Shown here piece after piece: positions 38,450-52,800 of a stretch of DNA of 64,000 nt. How positions within the stretch are numbered: position 1 is the stretch's first letter; every line of letters begins with the position of its first letter. The stretch spans positions 1,364,001 through 1,428,000 of the forward strand of contig LSRY02000010.1 in assembly GCA_001643675.2 (NCBI GenBank), in the 5' to 3' direction. The notes beneath the pieces are model-generated. The model did not search any database, had not been told where the DNA came from, and was given only the letters and a program-made list of their open reading frames with translations. Origin of the DNA: Monocercomonoides exilis PA203 (Eukaryota > Protista > Preaxostyla). The translations under genes were made by a program, and so were the position numbers.

Positions 38450-39070
38450 AAGGAAATTGTTAGTGGACGGACATAGCTTGGAGTCGAAGAGTGGGATTTC
38501 CTTGTGGTACGCATTATCATGCAATAGGAAATCTTGCCAATTTGGAGGGGGAAGAGCGTAAGAGTGCACTTTATGAAGGAGGTGGAGGCTGGGAGATGCT
38601 TTTTTGGATCCAAGAAGGAAGAGGAAGAATGCGCGAAGTGGGTGCAGGAAGGACTAGCGATGAGAGTTTTGGTTCAACTTCCTCAAGTGACAGCGAAATA
38701 CCTCAACACGTTGTTTTTTGTGAAAAAGAAGAACGGTAAATACAGGCAGATCCTAGACTGCGGGCCTCTCAACAATGAGGTGAAAGGTATCCATTTCAAG
38801 ATGGAAGATCACAGGACTCTGGAGAGGATAATTCAAAAGGAGGACTACGCAACAACAATAGATTTGTCTCAAGCGTATTTTCTAATTCCCGTTCACACTT
38901 CTTTCGTTCCCTTTCTTGCTTTCACCTTCAGAGATTAGATATTAACCTTCAGCGGGATGCCCCTCGGATACAAGGTTACACCCTGTATTTTCACGAGCGT
39001 TATGAGGAATATGACAAGAGAAATACGAATGCATGTGGAACCTTCACTTCGTCACATATCTGGACGAAGT
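38450..39070 (+). pseudogene. Second DIRS-like reverse transcriptase fragment
   Basis: LNTLFFVKKKNGKYRQILDCGPLN, HFKMED, TIDLSQAY, then GMPLG after a TAG and a frameshifted TYLDE. Truncated on both sides. Confidence 0.88.
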
Positions 39071-39665
39071 TATTTTTTCTTCTAAAGATATTAAAAGAAA
39101 GATAGAAAAAAAGGAAAGAAAAATGAAAAACAAATGAAATAAAAAAAAAAAAAATGAAAATAATAGAATAAAGAAAATTTTTTTATGAAGTGATCGAAAA
39201 TTTTCAATTGACATTTTTTCAAAATAAACAATTCGTTACTCAGACTCAATGAAAATGATGTTTGCATTACGCCTTTTGCGATTCTTGCAATCAATAACTT
39301 TTTGTGATTAACCATAGATCAGATAATATATTTTTTTTTCTTATTTTTTTTCTCATTCATTTAGTTGTGAATTTGCAACAACAAAATATTTTCCCAAATT
39401 TGGGAATATTCAGAGGAAAACACTTAAACTGCTTTATTTCTTGATTATTATTTTTTAATTTAATTTAATTTTTTTCTATTTTATTTTATTTTATTTTATT
39501 TTATTTTATTTTTTTTATTTTTAAATATTTTATTTTTTTTTTTTTTTGCCTCCGAAACTGTGAATTCCGGATCCTTCATCTCGCTTCATGATTCACTCAA
39601 AGTTTCGTCTAAGACAATTAGGACTCTTTGATAATGAGCAAAATTTTTAGGAAAAACAATCTTTC

Positions 39666-39668
<3 letters not shown>

Positions 39669-39724
<56 letters not shown>
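39669..39724 (+). repeat. Poly(A) tract, about 56 nt
   Basis: Uninterrupted A run. Confidence 0.9.
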
Positions 39725-39729
<5 letters not shown>

Positions 39730-40199
39730 CCATAACAAGATGGGTCTTTCAAGTTCTGTTTGATTCTCTTCCCTCAAAAGTCAAGTTCACTTTGTCTAGT
39801 CATGTGTGGGGTTTTTATTCTGTCTTGACATCTTTTTCATATCAAGAACTTTTATTTTTTTGAATCAGTTTTTTCCCACAATTTCATATATTTAAAATAC
39901 ATTTTTCGTTCATAAATGACTATTAATGTAAAAATAAATTCATTTTGAAACAAACCAGATTTCGCATGGAGAGAGAAAAGTGGGTTCAGCCATTCATTGA
40001 ACTCCTGTGTGAAATTGGATGGAAACATAAGAATAAAACCTTCAATTTGTTTAAAATGTTATTTTTTGTATTTTTTCATTTCATTTCAAAAAAATAAATA
40101 AATAAATAAATTATTATGATCATAAAAATATAATAAAAAATAACAAAATTTTTAAAAGAAATCAAATTTAAAGAAGGACTGAAAAAATTACAGAGAGCA

Positions 40200-41787
40200 A
40201 TGTCTTCGCGCAAGCGAAGAATATACAACAGTCGGTCGGAGCGAATGTCTCACATCGTTGTTGATGGAGTTGTTCGAATTGCAGATGCTATGAATTGCAA
40301 GAAATTCAGCCATACAGGAATAATGAACGCAGTTTGAGTACTGAGAAAAGGAAGGCTGGTTTGAAAAGTTGGAAGATCTGCTGCAGTAGTGGGTGAAAAA
40401 GAGCAAAGGGTTTTGGATATTATTCACATAAAGGCGAAGTCTTTCAAAGTTTAACTTTAAAAAAAAAGAGAGAGAATTGGTTTGCTTTATTTTTATTAAT
40501 ATGTTTTAATAGTTTGTTTTTCAGATGGAAAATGTTTTTAACGATAGCAATGAAGAAGATACACAATTTTTTGAAGATTCAATGTCCGCCACGGATAACC
40601 ATGTGAAGCTTCATCCGGAGCTGAAGACTGAAACTCCGAAGAATTTGGATATCAACCGACTGGATGTTTCGTGCAGAAGTGTTTGAAAACCATGGTTTAA
40701 AACATTCGATGAGCTGCATGAAAAGTTCCATTACAATCAAGCTTTGATTGTAAATATCGACGAATCTTCAACGCGCGTTCCTTCAGACACAAAACAGCTT
40801 GTTGTTCACACTTCAGATTCGAAAGCAGGTTTTACGAAAGAACCACCAAGAATGATTAATTCCACATTCGTGGCAGCTGTTGCAGCGGGCGTATATGCTT
40901 TTCCTTCAGTCATTTTGTGGCCAAGCGTCAACCTGCCAGATGAGCTGAAATGCCTATTATCTCCAACGCTTGAGATATGGGCAAATGAAAGCAGCTGGAT
41001 GGACAACGTGTGCCTTAAAAGGGATGCTCTCACAGTTCTTCTTCTTTCTGTCATCGAAAGAAGAAAGCGCATGTCACTTGAAAACGAACACATTCTTCTC
41101 CTTCTTGACTCTCATTCATCTCGCGCAGATCCATCGATCTGGCAAGAATTCCAAAAACAACAAGTCGACGTTTTAACCTTCGTGCCACACAGCACACACC
41201 TCTGTCAACCACTGGACAGAGGAGTGTTTGCTGTGTTCAAATCTGAACTGACAAACAGATTTGAGGCTCCCTCTTCTTCTTCATCTTCCTCCAAACGAGC
41301 AGCAATTTCCGACGTTCTGCCTCAAGCTATCCACACTGCATTATCACCTTCTGTAATTCAGAAAGCTTTCGTCTGCAGTGGTGTTCTGTACAATTCTTCT
41401 GGGCCAGTTCTTTTGAAACTGCCCGAATCTTCAATTTACCCTCTTCCATCACGAAGAAATAGATTCAACTTTTATGGAAAAGTGATAACCGACGAAAATC
41501 TTTTAGAGAAATGGGAAAATCATTTGAAAATGAATATTGAAAGGAAAAATGAAATGGATGAAAAGGAGAAAGATGAAGTGAAGACGGTTGTGGATGAAAA
41601 GAAAAAAATAAAAAGAAGATTTCTTCATGTGAAAAACGATGATTCTGATGAAGAAAAGAAAGATAATGCATTAAATCGAGCTGAAGGAAAAAGGAAAGTT
41701 ATCAGAAGAATTAATTCTGATTTTGTTTTCTTCAAATTGTGTTGTTTTTTGAGCTTTTTGCACTTCATTTTTTTTTATTCGGAATAA
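40200..41787 (+). mobile_element. Pogo-like DD35D transposase gene, intron-containing, probably pseudogenised
   Basis: IVNIDES, LLLLDSHSS and HLCQPLDRGVF, with 35 residues between the 2nd and 3rd Asp. Upstream HTH-like remnant contains stops. In-frame TGA at 40684. Likely GTTTG..CAG intron at 40480-40524. Confidence 0.88.
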
Positions 41788-41942
41788 AGAAAAAGGGTCA
41801 AGATTAAATAATAACCCTAATTCACACAAAAAAATGAAGATTTATTTGGATTAGCGATCTTGTTCTTTTTGATTATGAAATGATACAAAAAAAGTGGATT
41901 CAATGAAATTATCATATTTGAACTTTGATGCATTTGTGTATT

Positions 41943-43327
41943 CTATGCAATCAAATCAAACTGAAATCCTTTATATTTTGGATCTCCATAAAATGAACGG
42001 ATAATATCTTCCAAGCCTCCTTCTTCCAGTTTATCTAATATATCATTTTTCATATTCTTTCTAACTGCTTCGTTGTTTTCATCTTCATTCTTCCAATTCA
42101 ACTTTTCAATTAGACATGAAAAAAAATTAAACATTCAATTAAAATTTCATAATTCATTGTTGATTGACTCATTTTTTCAGCCATCATGTCAATCGCTCCA
42201 CATGCCATCAAATCACGAATATTTTCTGAATTTCTCATCATCAATCTGAAAAGAGCGATGCATTCAACAACAACTTTTTGATAATTCTTTTCTGAGATTT
42301 TAAACAGTCTCATCGCGCATGTTATCAATTCTGAATTATCATTTCCGAATAGGATATTATTTTCTATAAATATATTCCAAATTGAGTTGAACCATCCTCT
42401 TACAATGAAAACCTCATTATTTCTTTCATTTCTCTTCCAATCAACAATCTTTGACAGTTCTTCAAGTTCTCTTAATGCCTCTCTTGTAAAATTCAGTTCT
42501 TTCACTATCACTCCTTCTAAGCTTCTTTCATTATTAAATCGACTTATCAAGAATCCCCAAGCTGATTGATATGCAAGTCGCGTAAGATTGCGGTGCTCTT
42601 GATGATATTTGATGATTTCTGATATTTCCTTCAAATACATTTCTTTTTCTATTGCCTTTTCATTTTTATTAAAAAAATCGTCAAATTAAACAAAACAATT
42701 TTTCATATTAAATAAAAGAAAATGCGAACATCCCAGTTCTTTAAGTTTCCCAAAGTCAACAAAGCAATTTCTACTTCTTTTTGTGTATCTGCGCTCTCAT
42801 CTTTCTTCAAAGCAGCTTTCAGCAGACAAGGCACACAAATCGATAGTAATTTTGTCGAAGGTTCGTTGATGAGTAAAAGAGAGCATTCGCAAACATCAAT
42901 CAACAGCTTTTCATTTTTTCCTTCTTTTTTCTTTTCTTCATCCACAATAATCTTTTCCAGTCTTTTAGGTAATGGAGTGTATTCAAACCTCGTACCAAAA
43001 TTTGTTATCAAAGATTTGTTAATACCCATATACTTTAGTAAATGAATTATATTATCTTGAGACAATTTCTTTTCTTCAAACATATTATTCACTTTGAAGA
43101 ACGTTTCTTCACTCACCAAGTACTCCACTTCTTTCTCGTCCATCTCATTCATCCATTTAACGAATTCACAAACTTTTGATTCTCGCTCATCAGAAGAACA
43201 ATTTTCAAGATCGGAAAACATTTCTGTGAATTGAACATTTCTTTATGACAGAAAATTCTTTTAATAGAAAAACAAACTTGAAAAGGTTTCCATGGATGAA
43301 GCTTTCTGTTCGTGCAATTTCACGCAT
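41943..43327 (-). CDS. Member of an expanded Monocercomonoides-type hypothetical helical protein family, with a frameshift near the 3' end
   Basis: ATG at 43327, introns at 43241-43277 and 42656-42729. Hallmarks EKKKEGKNEKLLIDVCEC, ICVPCLLKAALKKDES..TQKEVEIALL and EIIKYHQEHRNLTRLAYQSAW (family recognised from memory). Frame changes near the homopolymer at ~42120-42135. Confidence 0.75.
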
Positions 43328-43833
43328 TTATAAAATATTCAAGATTTTCGGGATAATTATCCATTAAAAAGATGTGAAATAAATGTTGATTATCAAATGG
43401 TTAAAACACATATTAAAAAGTTCAAAACTGGCGAATAAGCTATCATTGCTGTTTGGTTTCTTTCCTTTATCTTTTCCGTTAAACGGTTTTGAGTTATGAA
43501 AGTGCAATAATGGTAATTATCTTGATGGTAATGGGAGTGTTTTTCTTTTTTGATTAAAAATAGAAAATAATTCAAGTGTTAATGAAAGTACTTTAACTGT
43601 TTTGTAAATGAGTGACAGAAATTTTCAGAAAAAAATTTTAATTCTGAGTTGTTCTTTTACAAAAAAATAACTATCAAAATGAAAATACGAAGTGAGAAAG
43701 TTTTGCTGCATTCGGGAAAAATATCAAATATTTGTGGAAAAGATATAAAAAATTAGATGCGAGCAAAGTTAATTTAAAAACAACAATAAGTTTTTCTTCA
43801 TTTTTTTGATACAATTTATTTTTGAAAGCTGTT

Positions 43834-46800
43834 TTATTTTGATGAAGCTTCAATCACAATTCCTGCAATTCTCATAACATTAATTGCAGATAACACAATA
43901 CTTTTAGGAGATGAAAACGAAGACAAAGGAATGAATTGGGAGATGGCTTTAAACAGTGGATGGATCCTGTCAGAATCAAGAATGCATTGACGAACATATG
44001 ATGAACGTATGAATGAAGGATGGAGTTCAACAAGAAAACGAATAAGATTGCATAAAGCAAAAAAGAAAGAAGAAGACGCTAAAGGAATTCTATTCCAACG
44101 AGTTATAACTCTTTCGTTTCCGGTTGATGGCGCATCGGTAAGAGCCAATATGCATTCTGCTATTGGAGATGCAAACACAAGAAGACTAATCAGATTCTTC
44201 AGATAGCTGTTCCATTTTGCATATCTTTCTGATTCGCTTTTTTTGATCTTATTTTGTTCTTCAAAATCATTCGAACTATTTTCGCTTGTATTTTGTGTTG
44301 TCTCATTTGAAGTTATTGAGAGAGAAGACGAACTTTCTGCTTCTCTGAAACTTTCATCTTTTTCATTGCAACTTCCCATCTCTCCAACAAACAAGTGAGC
44401 CATTCTGTCCAAGTTGCTTTCAATTATTGAATAATCTTCTCTGACAGCCAGGAACGAATGGATAAAGAACGGAGAAGATATCAGCTTGAGATAAGAGAAT
44501 GAAAAGCCAGGCGTCACAAGAGGAGAAATAACACCAAGAACAGACGAAAACATTTCTGTGTACACATTCATCAATTCGAAAGCACTTATTCTGCTTTGCC
44601 CAGTACGGACATTTGAAACATTGGAATTTATTGAAGTTGCTGGAGTCAATTGAGCTGATGATGAAGATGATGCAGTTTCTGCCTGTGGATTGACGCTGAG
44701 CAAAGGAAGAGTGGAAACAAGAGCTTTCTCACTTTCACCTTCAAGTGACGATGTTGGTATTTGTGATGCAGATGAGGTTCTCGAATGCTGACCTTGGGCT
44801 TTTGGTTGATTCTTCTCAGAACTATTTTCTCTTTGTTTTTGCTTGGCTCCTCCAACTGCAGCGCTTGAGAATTGTTCTTTAGCCTTTGTTTTTTCATCAG
44901 CCGACTTTTCGTCACTTCTCTGAACTGTTTTAGCATTCAGTAATGGAGCAAACGATGATGCATACTTTTGTAAATCAGGAGAAGGAATGGACGAACGAAG
45001 AGTGCGAGAAGGAGCAGGCATTCGTGAAAGAACAAATCCGAAAAGATGAACCAGAATTCGCAAAAATGGAGATTGGAGAATTGAAATGTGGCTGTCCAAC
45101 GAATAGTGAAGAATTGATTCAGAGATGATAATAAGCGTTTGACGGAAAAGTGATATGAACTCAGAAGATGAAAAGAAAGGAATGAAGAAGAAAGATGAAG
45201 GTGCAGTGATCGATGAATGAGAAGAAAATGGAGACAGAGGATTGTGTGGATCAGTTACAAAAAGAGATGTTGAAGATATTCTCATCCCATTTGACAGCGA
45301 TGAAGAAGAAGACGAAGAGCAGAGATTGAATCCCAAAAGAAGAACAAAGTGACAAAATGCATCTGCCATCTCATAGTCGAAATGGCAACTTCGAAACGGT
45401 TGTAATTTTGGTTGAAACTGCTTTGTGCTTTTTCCATCTCCAACTGTAGGCTTTTGTGCTTCCACACCAGTTGCATTCGTGGAAGAAGAAGAAAAAGAAT
45501 CAACATCTGCTTTTTTCTCAATGCCTTCTGTAGAGAGCAACTGTTGGCTTTTGTTTGTTCCCTTTCCATAATCCACATAACCCAATTTGATCGTGTTTGA
45601 ATGAGCAGTTATCGGATTTGAAAGCGATCTCTTCAGTGCAAAGTTCAAAAATAGTCGTAGGAATGGCACAATGAACATAATCTGAAGTGAATCGTTATTC
45701 GATTCAGAAGCTGTTGATGCAGCTTGAGTTAATGGATGTGATGAAGCATGTTCTTCATTCTCGGTATGAACAGAATCTTCTGTTGAAACTTGAGTTTGTG
45801 AATCAACTATCTGTTCATCTCTAGATGACTCTGCTGCAAAAGCTGCTGTTGATACTTCCGCTGAGGCAGATGCCCTTGCTTTAGCTGCCTGAATTTCCTG
45901 TTGTTTCCTTTTCCATCCTGCCATAAACTGCTTCATCTGATAAACGATGCAGAGGAACACTCCATCAACGTGGCGCTGCAGTTTTGTGAACGAAGCGAGA
46001 GTTGCAATTGTCAAAGGCTGATCTTCCATCTTTTTCCAGACAGACTCTAATTGTGAAATAGATGCTGAGAATGAAAGGAACAGATGAAGCGTAGTTTGTA
46101 TCATCTCAAGCGGAATGCTCACCATTCGTCTGGCATTGTCTTCTTGTGTTGTCAGATGCACAAGCATGTGAAGAGGGATCGGCCTTTCTAAAATGAATGT
46201 GTCTGAAGGCTGCTTGCTTTTAACAGCAATTGTTCTGAATCCAACATATGGACGATTGGATCCAAAGTACAACGAAGGTGTGCCAGGATGATTTGGTTGA
46301 TTTCTCAGTGCCTCATCCATCGTAATTGGGGCAACGATAACAATTTTGAGCTCAGAAGAAAGAACTGGATTGACAACTTCGTATGATGCTTCAATTTGAT
46401 TGCTATCGATACGTCGCATTATCTCATCGAATTTGCTGCATTCGCAATGCATTCGGTAAAACATTGTATCAACGCTGTTGAAAACCGTGTCAATAATACC
46501 AACACTTGTTTGACTCTCCATAAACCTGTGTGGTTCTTGTGATATCTCTTGTGCAAGTTCTTCAGCACCAATAGAAGAAGAAGAAGATGATGATGATGGA
46601 GATGATGCAGAAGTTGACTGAGAAGGAAGCGACTGCAAATCAAACTGCCTTGACTCTGAAGCGCTCATCACATATGTGCCATCGTGCAGAGCTGTGCAAC
46701 AGATCCTCTGAAGATGTGTTATCAGATCGTTGTTCTCCTTTAACTGCTCCCAAAACAAGATCCAATACTCAACAGCAGCCACAAGCGGACGCAAAGACAA

Positions 46801-49800
46801 AATGGCTGGTGAAAACTTGAGTTTGTCTGATGATGTTGGATCAGACAAAGGCGATGAAGAAATCATGCTTTGAATATCCTCCATGCTTTCTGCTCTGTCT
46901 ATGTTGACAGCGTTGAGTGGAGTGAGAAACAGTTCGAGCAAAGTGCAGACAAACGACATCGCGCAAAGTGCATTGGGAACAGTTGAAATGTCGATCGCAA
47001 TATCATTCCATTCAGACAGGAGAAGGGCATTTCCACCTCTGTTCGTTCTTTTGAGAATATGTACTTCTTTCTCTGCTTCTTCAACTTTTTCTGTAACAGA
47101 TGTTGTTAAATGAGTTGAAGGATAATTTTCATCTGATCCTTTTCTATTTTTGTTTGCGTATGTATTCTTTTTGAACAAAGCAAGCATTGTGTTGCTGAGA
47201 GCAGTCGAATAGAATTCAAACAGCTCTTCAGAAGACAGCAGACAGCTGCGAAGCAAATAAGACAAACTTGCAATGTGCTGCAGCTGCATAAGCACACACC
47301 AATGTGCCCTTTCCTTGTGACCGAGTCTGCTTGTCAGCAAATACAGCTTCATTGAATCTGTTGGACCTAGCACAATCTCATTAATTCTTGCAATGGCAGA
47401 ATCAGATAAGGAAGAAGAAGAAGCAGAAACAGAAGCAGACGACGCAACTGATTGAGATCGTTTTGACGATATGGAAGAATGTTCAACTTCTTCATCTGCT
47501 ATCTTTGAATCTGTTGTTGTTTTGCTTGCTTCTTCTTTCGATTGAGTTTTTCTCTCTGTTTCTTGTTTTGATTCTGTTTTTGAATCGTTATTTGTTCTTG
47601 ATTCTGAACTTGCATCCTTTTTCGATTCTGTTGAAGTCTTTTTCTCTTTCTCTTTCCCCTTTTCCTTCTCTTTTCGTTTCTCTGCTTCTCCTTTTTGTGC
47701 TTTTGATGAATTTGTGGTATTTGCTGCTTTCTCTGTTTGTGAAGCAGGTGAAGATGAAGGTGATGGCGAATCGATTTGAGTTGCATTATCACCTTTTGAT
47801 GCTTCATTACTCTTTGTTTTTTCAGATGACTGAACTTTGTCTGCACTTTCTCTCTGAGCTTGATCAGAAGATGGTCTCGTTGAATTGTCTGCTTCGGAAT
47901 GTTTATGTGATGTGCGAATCTCATCTCCACGACAAATGATTCTATTGTTCATGAGAAGTCCAGATTTCAGTTCTTCAAAGCAGAATGTTGTGTTAATTGT
48001 GTTGTTTCGAGAGATAACAAGACAGTTGATAAATTGTGGAGGAACACATGTTGGTAGTGCTATTGGTGTGAATGGATTCAAATTCGGATGAACGATTGAC
48101 TCTGAAAATTGAGAATTCGCAACCTCGTCTTTTTGAGATACTTCAGTTTTCCCTTGTTTTTGGTTATAGTTTGGAGATGAAGGGCTTGCTTCACTGGAAG
48201 CAGAAGAAGAAACAGAATTATCAACTGAAGATTCATTGTTTTTGTTGGGGTTGCACCATCTTTGTCTAACACGTGTTGCAATGCCCAATCCTTCATCAGC
48301 AACAGCTCCCATAATTCCAACCAGCACAGCCTTTGGTGAGCGAGAGAACAACATCTCCAGCAGCTTCCCATTGGTTTCAATGAAATTGTCTCTGAATTCT
48401 GTTGGAAGGAATTCGACGCGAGGGAATGCAGAGTGATTGTAAAGATAAATGTGCTCTGCATTCGAAGGCAGAAGAAGCGATTCCTGTTCCAATTGATCAG
48501 ATTTTGGCAGAGGACGATAATTGGGATATGTTCTACACACACAAAGAATACACCATTGTCTGGATGCATCGCCCATCCCGCTTCTTACTCTCTCTTTGAG
48601 CATATTGTCAGTCAGCGTCATCGGATGCTGTGTGGAAACCTTGTTTCCTTCTTGTTCTGGATGTGTGTGTGAATTTGATGGTAGATTGGCGCTATCATTT
48701 TTCTTATTCGCTCCAACTGCATTCGAATTCTGTGTTTCTTTTTTCACCACTTTTTGCACTTCAGCTGCGTCATTTGCAGACAAAACGTAAACTCTGCCTG
48801 TCTTTGCGCACATTGCAGGGTGTGTGGAAGGAACAACACAGACAAATGGAGGATAGCCCTGCATCATCTGCCGAGCAACCAGCCTGGAGAAGTTAGACAG
48901 CAGCTCGTGGTAGAACATGTGGAACAGATACAGCATCTCATTGGAAAGGGCTGTTGAGTAACGATAGCCCGCTCGTATAACTTGGGCTTCTGTTGTGTTC
49001 TGTTTGTCATCGTTAGAAGAAGAACGACTAATCAGCTTAAGCAAAAGCTCTTTTTTGCGTTCAGCTAAAAGTTCAGTAGAGGATGTGGAAGAAGAAGAAG
49101 ATGATGATGCATTTCCAGTTTCTTCTTGAACTTTCTTCCCTTCTGTCACATTCAGCTTTGAAGGAACCTTACCTGTCGATCCATTGTTACTGTTATTACT
49201 CTCACCAGAGCCAACTTCTTGCTCTCTTTTAACTTTGCTCCAGCAATATTCACCAAACCCAATGGCTTTCTGATGAATGAAGTTTCTGCACTCGTTTTCA
49301 GTTCCGCGAATCAATCTGTTCAATTTGCTGAATGATCGTGAAATCATCTGGCTTTGTTCAGATTGGATGAACAAGAGTTCCACTTGAAGATGAGTGAGAC
49401 CATCAGTCAATGGTTGCAAGATGTGCTTTTCAATCAGATTGAGACGCTGTTGTGAAAGAGAATCTTCACACTGAGAGGAAGAAGAAGAGGAGGAAGAAGA
49501 ATCTGATTGCTGTTTTGAACAGGTGATGCAATCGGAAAGAGGAGAGAACAAATAACTTTCCAAAAGTCTCTGCAGATCTGAATGAGGAATGAACGGGCAC
49601 TTCTGTGAATAGGATATGTTCTCATCTTCTTCTCTTCGTTCTCCTTTTTCTCCTTTTGCTTCTTCTATTTCAGTTTTGGATTCTGCCTCTCCTTCTGCCT
49701 CCACTTTAACCTTACTCCCAGTATTTCCAACTTCTTCGTCTTGCTGTTCTGAACTTTCAGAATTCAATGTCTTTCTCTTGCTTTTCCATATTTTTTCCTT

Positions 49801-52800
49801 CTCTTGTCTTTCTCTGATCAAAGAGCGCATTGCGTTCAAGTCAAAACTCCACAGTTTTATTTGCATTTCAGACAGAATTCGCCTCTGCATCTGGTTCATC
49901 ATCTCCATCCATGTTCCTTTGCACTCTTCAAATGTGCTTCCCATCACTCTCTCGAACCAACGGCATATCATCCTCTGCTCTTCCGTCTGAAGCAGAGAAA
50001 GCGTCGGAAACTGCGAGGCAGAGAAAATGCTGTGCTGATACGCCTGGATGATCTGCCTCTCGCGCTGACCGAAACGGTATAAGTCAGTCAATTCTTGTGA
50101 GTGGCTTGAGTAGAAAGGGAAAAGTGATCGCAGGTTGGCAAGATCGCGATAGAGAGGAGAACATGATTGGAGCAGGCGGTTGAGTGTGGGCACTGAAAAG
50201 TTGAGTATTTCATGATGAGACATTTCGCGCACACGAGGCTTGAGGTTGTCCAGGAATATTCCAAATGCTTCGGCTGGCTCGCCATTATGATCCAAATACA
50301 ATGACAATGAAGAAGAAGAATGAGACACTCTTTCAGATTTCTCCTTTGCTTCTTCTTTCATCGTATTCTTCTTCTCGATGGCATTCTGTTCTGCTGCTTT
50401 GACTAAAGAAGAATGTCCATTCAACGAAATTGGTGTGAATTCAAATGGATCGTTCATCTGAGAAGATTTTGGTGAAGCAGCTGTATTTTGTGCTTTCTCT
50501 TTTTTGTTGTTCTTCTTCTGAACTTCCTTCGTTTTCTCTGTTGACGCTCCATTCAACAGAAGTGTTATCAGTGACATTAGTGAGTCTACACTTGGGATGG
50601 ACACTTTGCCTTCTTCAGATGTGTTTGAAGAGTTGTTAACTTGAAAAGAAGATGATGAAGAAGAGGAAGAGTTGGAAGAAGATCCTGATGTTGTCTTCAA
50701 TCCTGTTGTCTGTTTATTTTTATTAGTCATCACAGCTGAGCCAGAAGATTCTTGTACCATCTTCTTCATTGCCTTTTCCCTCTCCTCTTTGATAAGCTCA
50801 GGCAAATGTGACATCTCCTTCACTGCTGAGTCAACATACATCGCACATTTCCTTTGTGTTGCGCTGAACTGACTGTAGCTGTGGTTCACTCTTTCTCTCA
50901 CAACAGCATTTGTGATGTCTGCACTGCTGCTGATGTTATTACTGTGATTGGGTGAGGATCTGCTGATCACAGACAGCCATGGAAGAGATAGTAATGATGA
51001 GTCGAAATAGAAAAACAATGGAGAAAAGGCAAAACGAAGTGCTAATTTGTCTAGCAATTCCTGATGACGAGATAAATTGCTTGATGATGATCCTGTTTCA
51101 TTCTTCCTCTCTTTCTCTTTCTCTTTCTCTTTCCCACCTTTCTTTTTCTCTTCCTCCTTCTCCCCCTTCATCTCTTTTCCAACAAGATTGTTCTTTCCCA
51201 CATTCTCCCCTGACCTTGCAGCCAGCACCATCTCCATCTTCTCCACCGTATTTACAATCTTCTTCCAATCCATCGCATTCATCGCTTGTCTCGCTGCTGT
51301 CCGGAAACTCAGCAGATTCTGCACAAAAGACGGCAGCCGCTGCAGAAACTGCCTCAAAACATCGTCTGCAACTGCGTGGCTGAGCTGGCTGCTCATCCAA
51401 ATGGAGATCTTTTGAGCAATTTCTTCTCTTTCTGAAGGAGGAAGGCTGGTGGCATTGACAGAGAAGGAAGGGGCTGACTGCAAAGAGGACTCGATGGGAG
51501 AGTCGAGGAGTTCGGGATATGAAGAAGGGGATGAATAAGAGGAAGAGGATGTGGTTGATGGCAAAGAAGGAACATATGAAGAAGAAGAAGAGGAGGAGGA
51601 GGAAGAATAAGTTGAAGAAGAAGAAGAAGACAATGACGACGAAGGTCGATAAATTCTCTTTTTGCTCAGAGCAGCAGAAGCAGCATCGGAAGAATAAGGC
51701 TTTGCAATAGGCACAAAAGGAGGAATAGCAGCTGGCTGTGGAAGTCTTGTTTGTGATAACAAGACAGAAGAAGGAGAAGATGAAGATGAGGAAGAGGAAG
51801 CAGAAGAAGAATTAGGAGAAGACGTAGGAAGATGTTGTGCAGGTGCTTTTGAGAACTGTTGAAAAGCAGGAGGAAACATCATCATCTGCTGGGGTGTTAT
51901 TTGAGGAGATTGGTGAAGATTGGAAGATGGAAGAGGAACAGAAACAAGAGAGTGAGATTGAGATTGAGATTGAGGCTGAAGTTGAAGCTGCATCGGAAGC
52001 TGTGATTGAGATTGCAACTGAGGTTGAATCATTCCTTGTGAGGAAGATAATGAAGAAGAAGAAGAAGATGAAGAAGAAGAAGAAGATGATGATGATGAAA
52101 GAGGAGAAAGAGAAGGAGAAAGAGCAGAACTCGTTCCATGTTTAAGAAAGTGATTCTGTTGAGCTTGCCTTTGTTGTTGTGCTTGTTGCATCATCATCAT
52201 CGCCATCGCCATTTCTTTTGTGTTTTTCTTCTTTTCTGTTTGATTAGTTGAAGGAGAAGGAGGAGAAGAAGAAGAAGATGATGATGATGATGATGAAGAC
52301 GATGATGAAGATGCAACTTCTTTGTCTAATGCTCTGCTTATAAGCATCATTGTGAATTCTTTCCCTTCTCTTTGGAGGCAGTTGAGTGACATGAAGAGTG
52401 CAACAGAAGACACAAATGAACGGCCGACGGTGGCGATGGCATCGACAATGGGCTGATCAGCACATTTGGTTGTCATTGGGAAGAGAGGGTTCTCAAGAAG
52501 AGAAGAAGAAGAAGAAGAAGAAGAAGAAGATGATGATGATGATGATGATGAATTTTGTTGTTTCTCTTTTTTCTCTGTTTGTTTTCCTTTTCTGTCAGCA
52601 AATGGCACAAATGACATTGTACGAGAAGAGGCAACAGGAAGGAAAAAGAAGTCTTTGAAGAGAACGTTTTTGACAAAGGCAAAGCCGATTGAAAGAGTTT
52701 GTTTGGCAATCTGTCCAATCAGCTTGCGGGCGAGGCAGATGAAGCCGTGACGGAGAGAGAGAAGGAAGTCTGAAAAGAGAAGGAGATGGCGAGGGATGGA

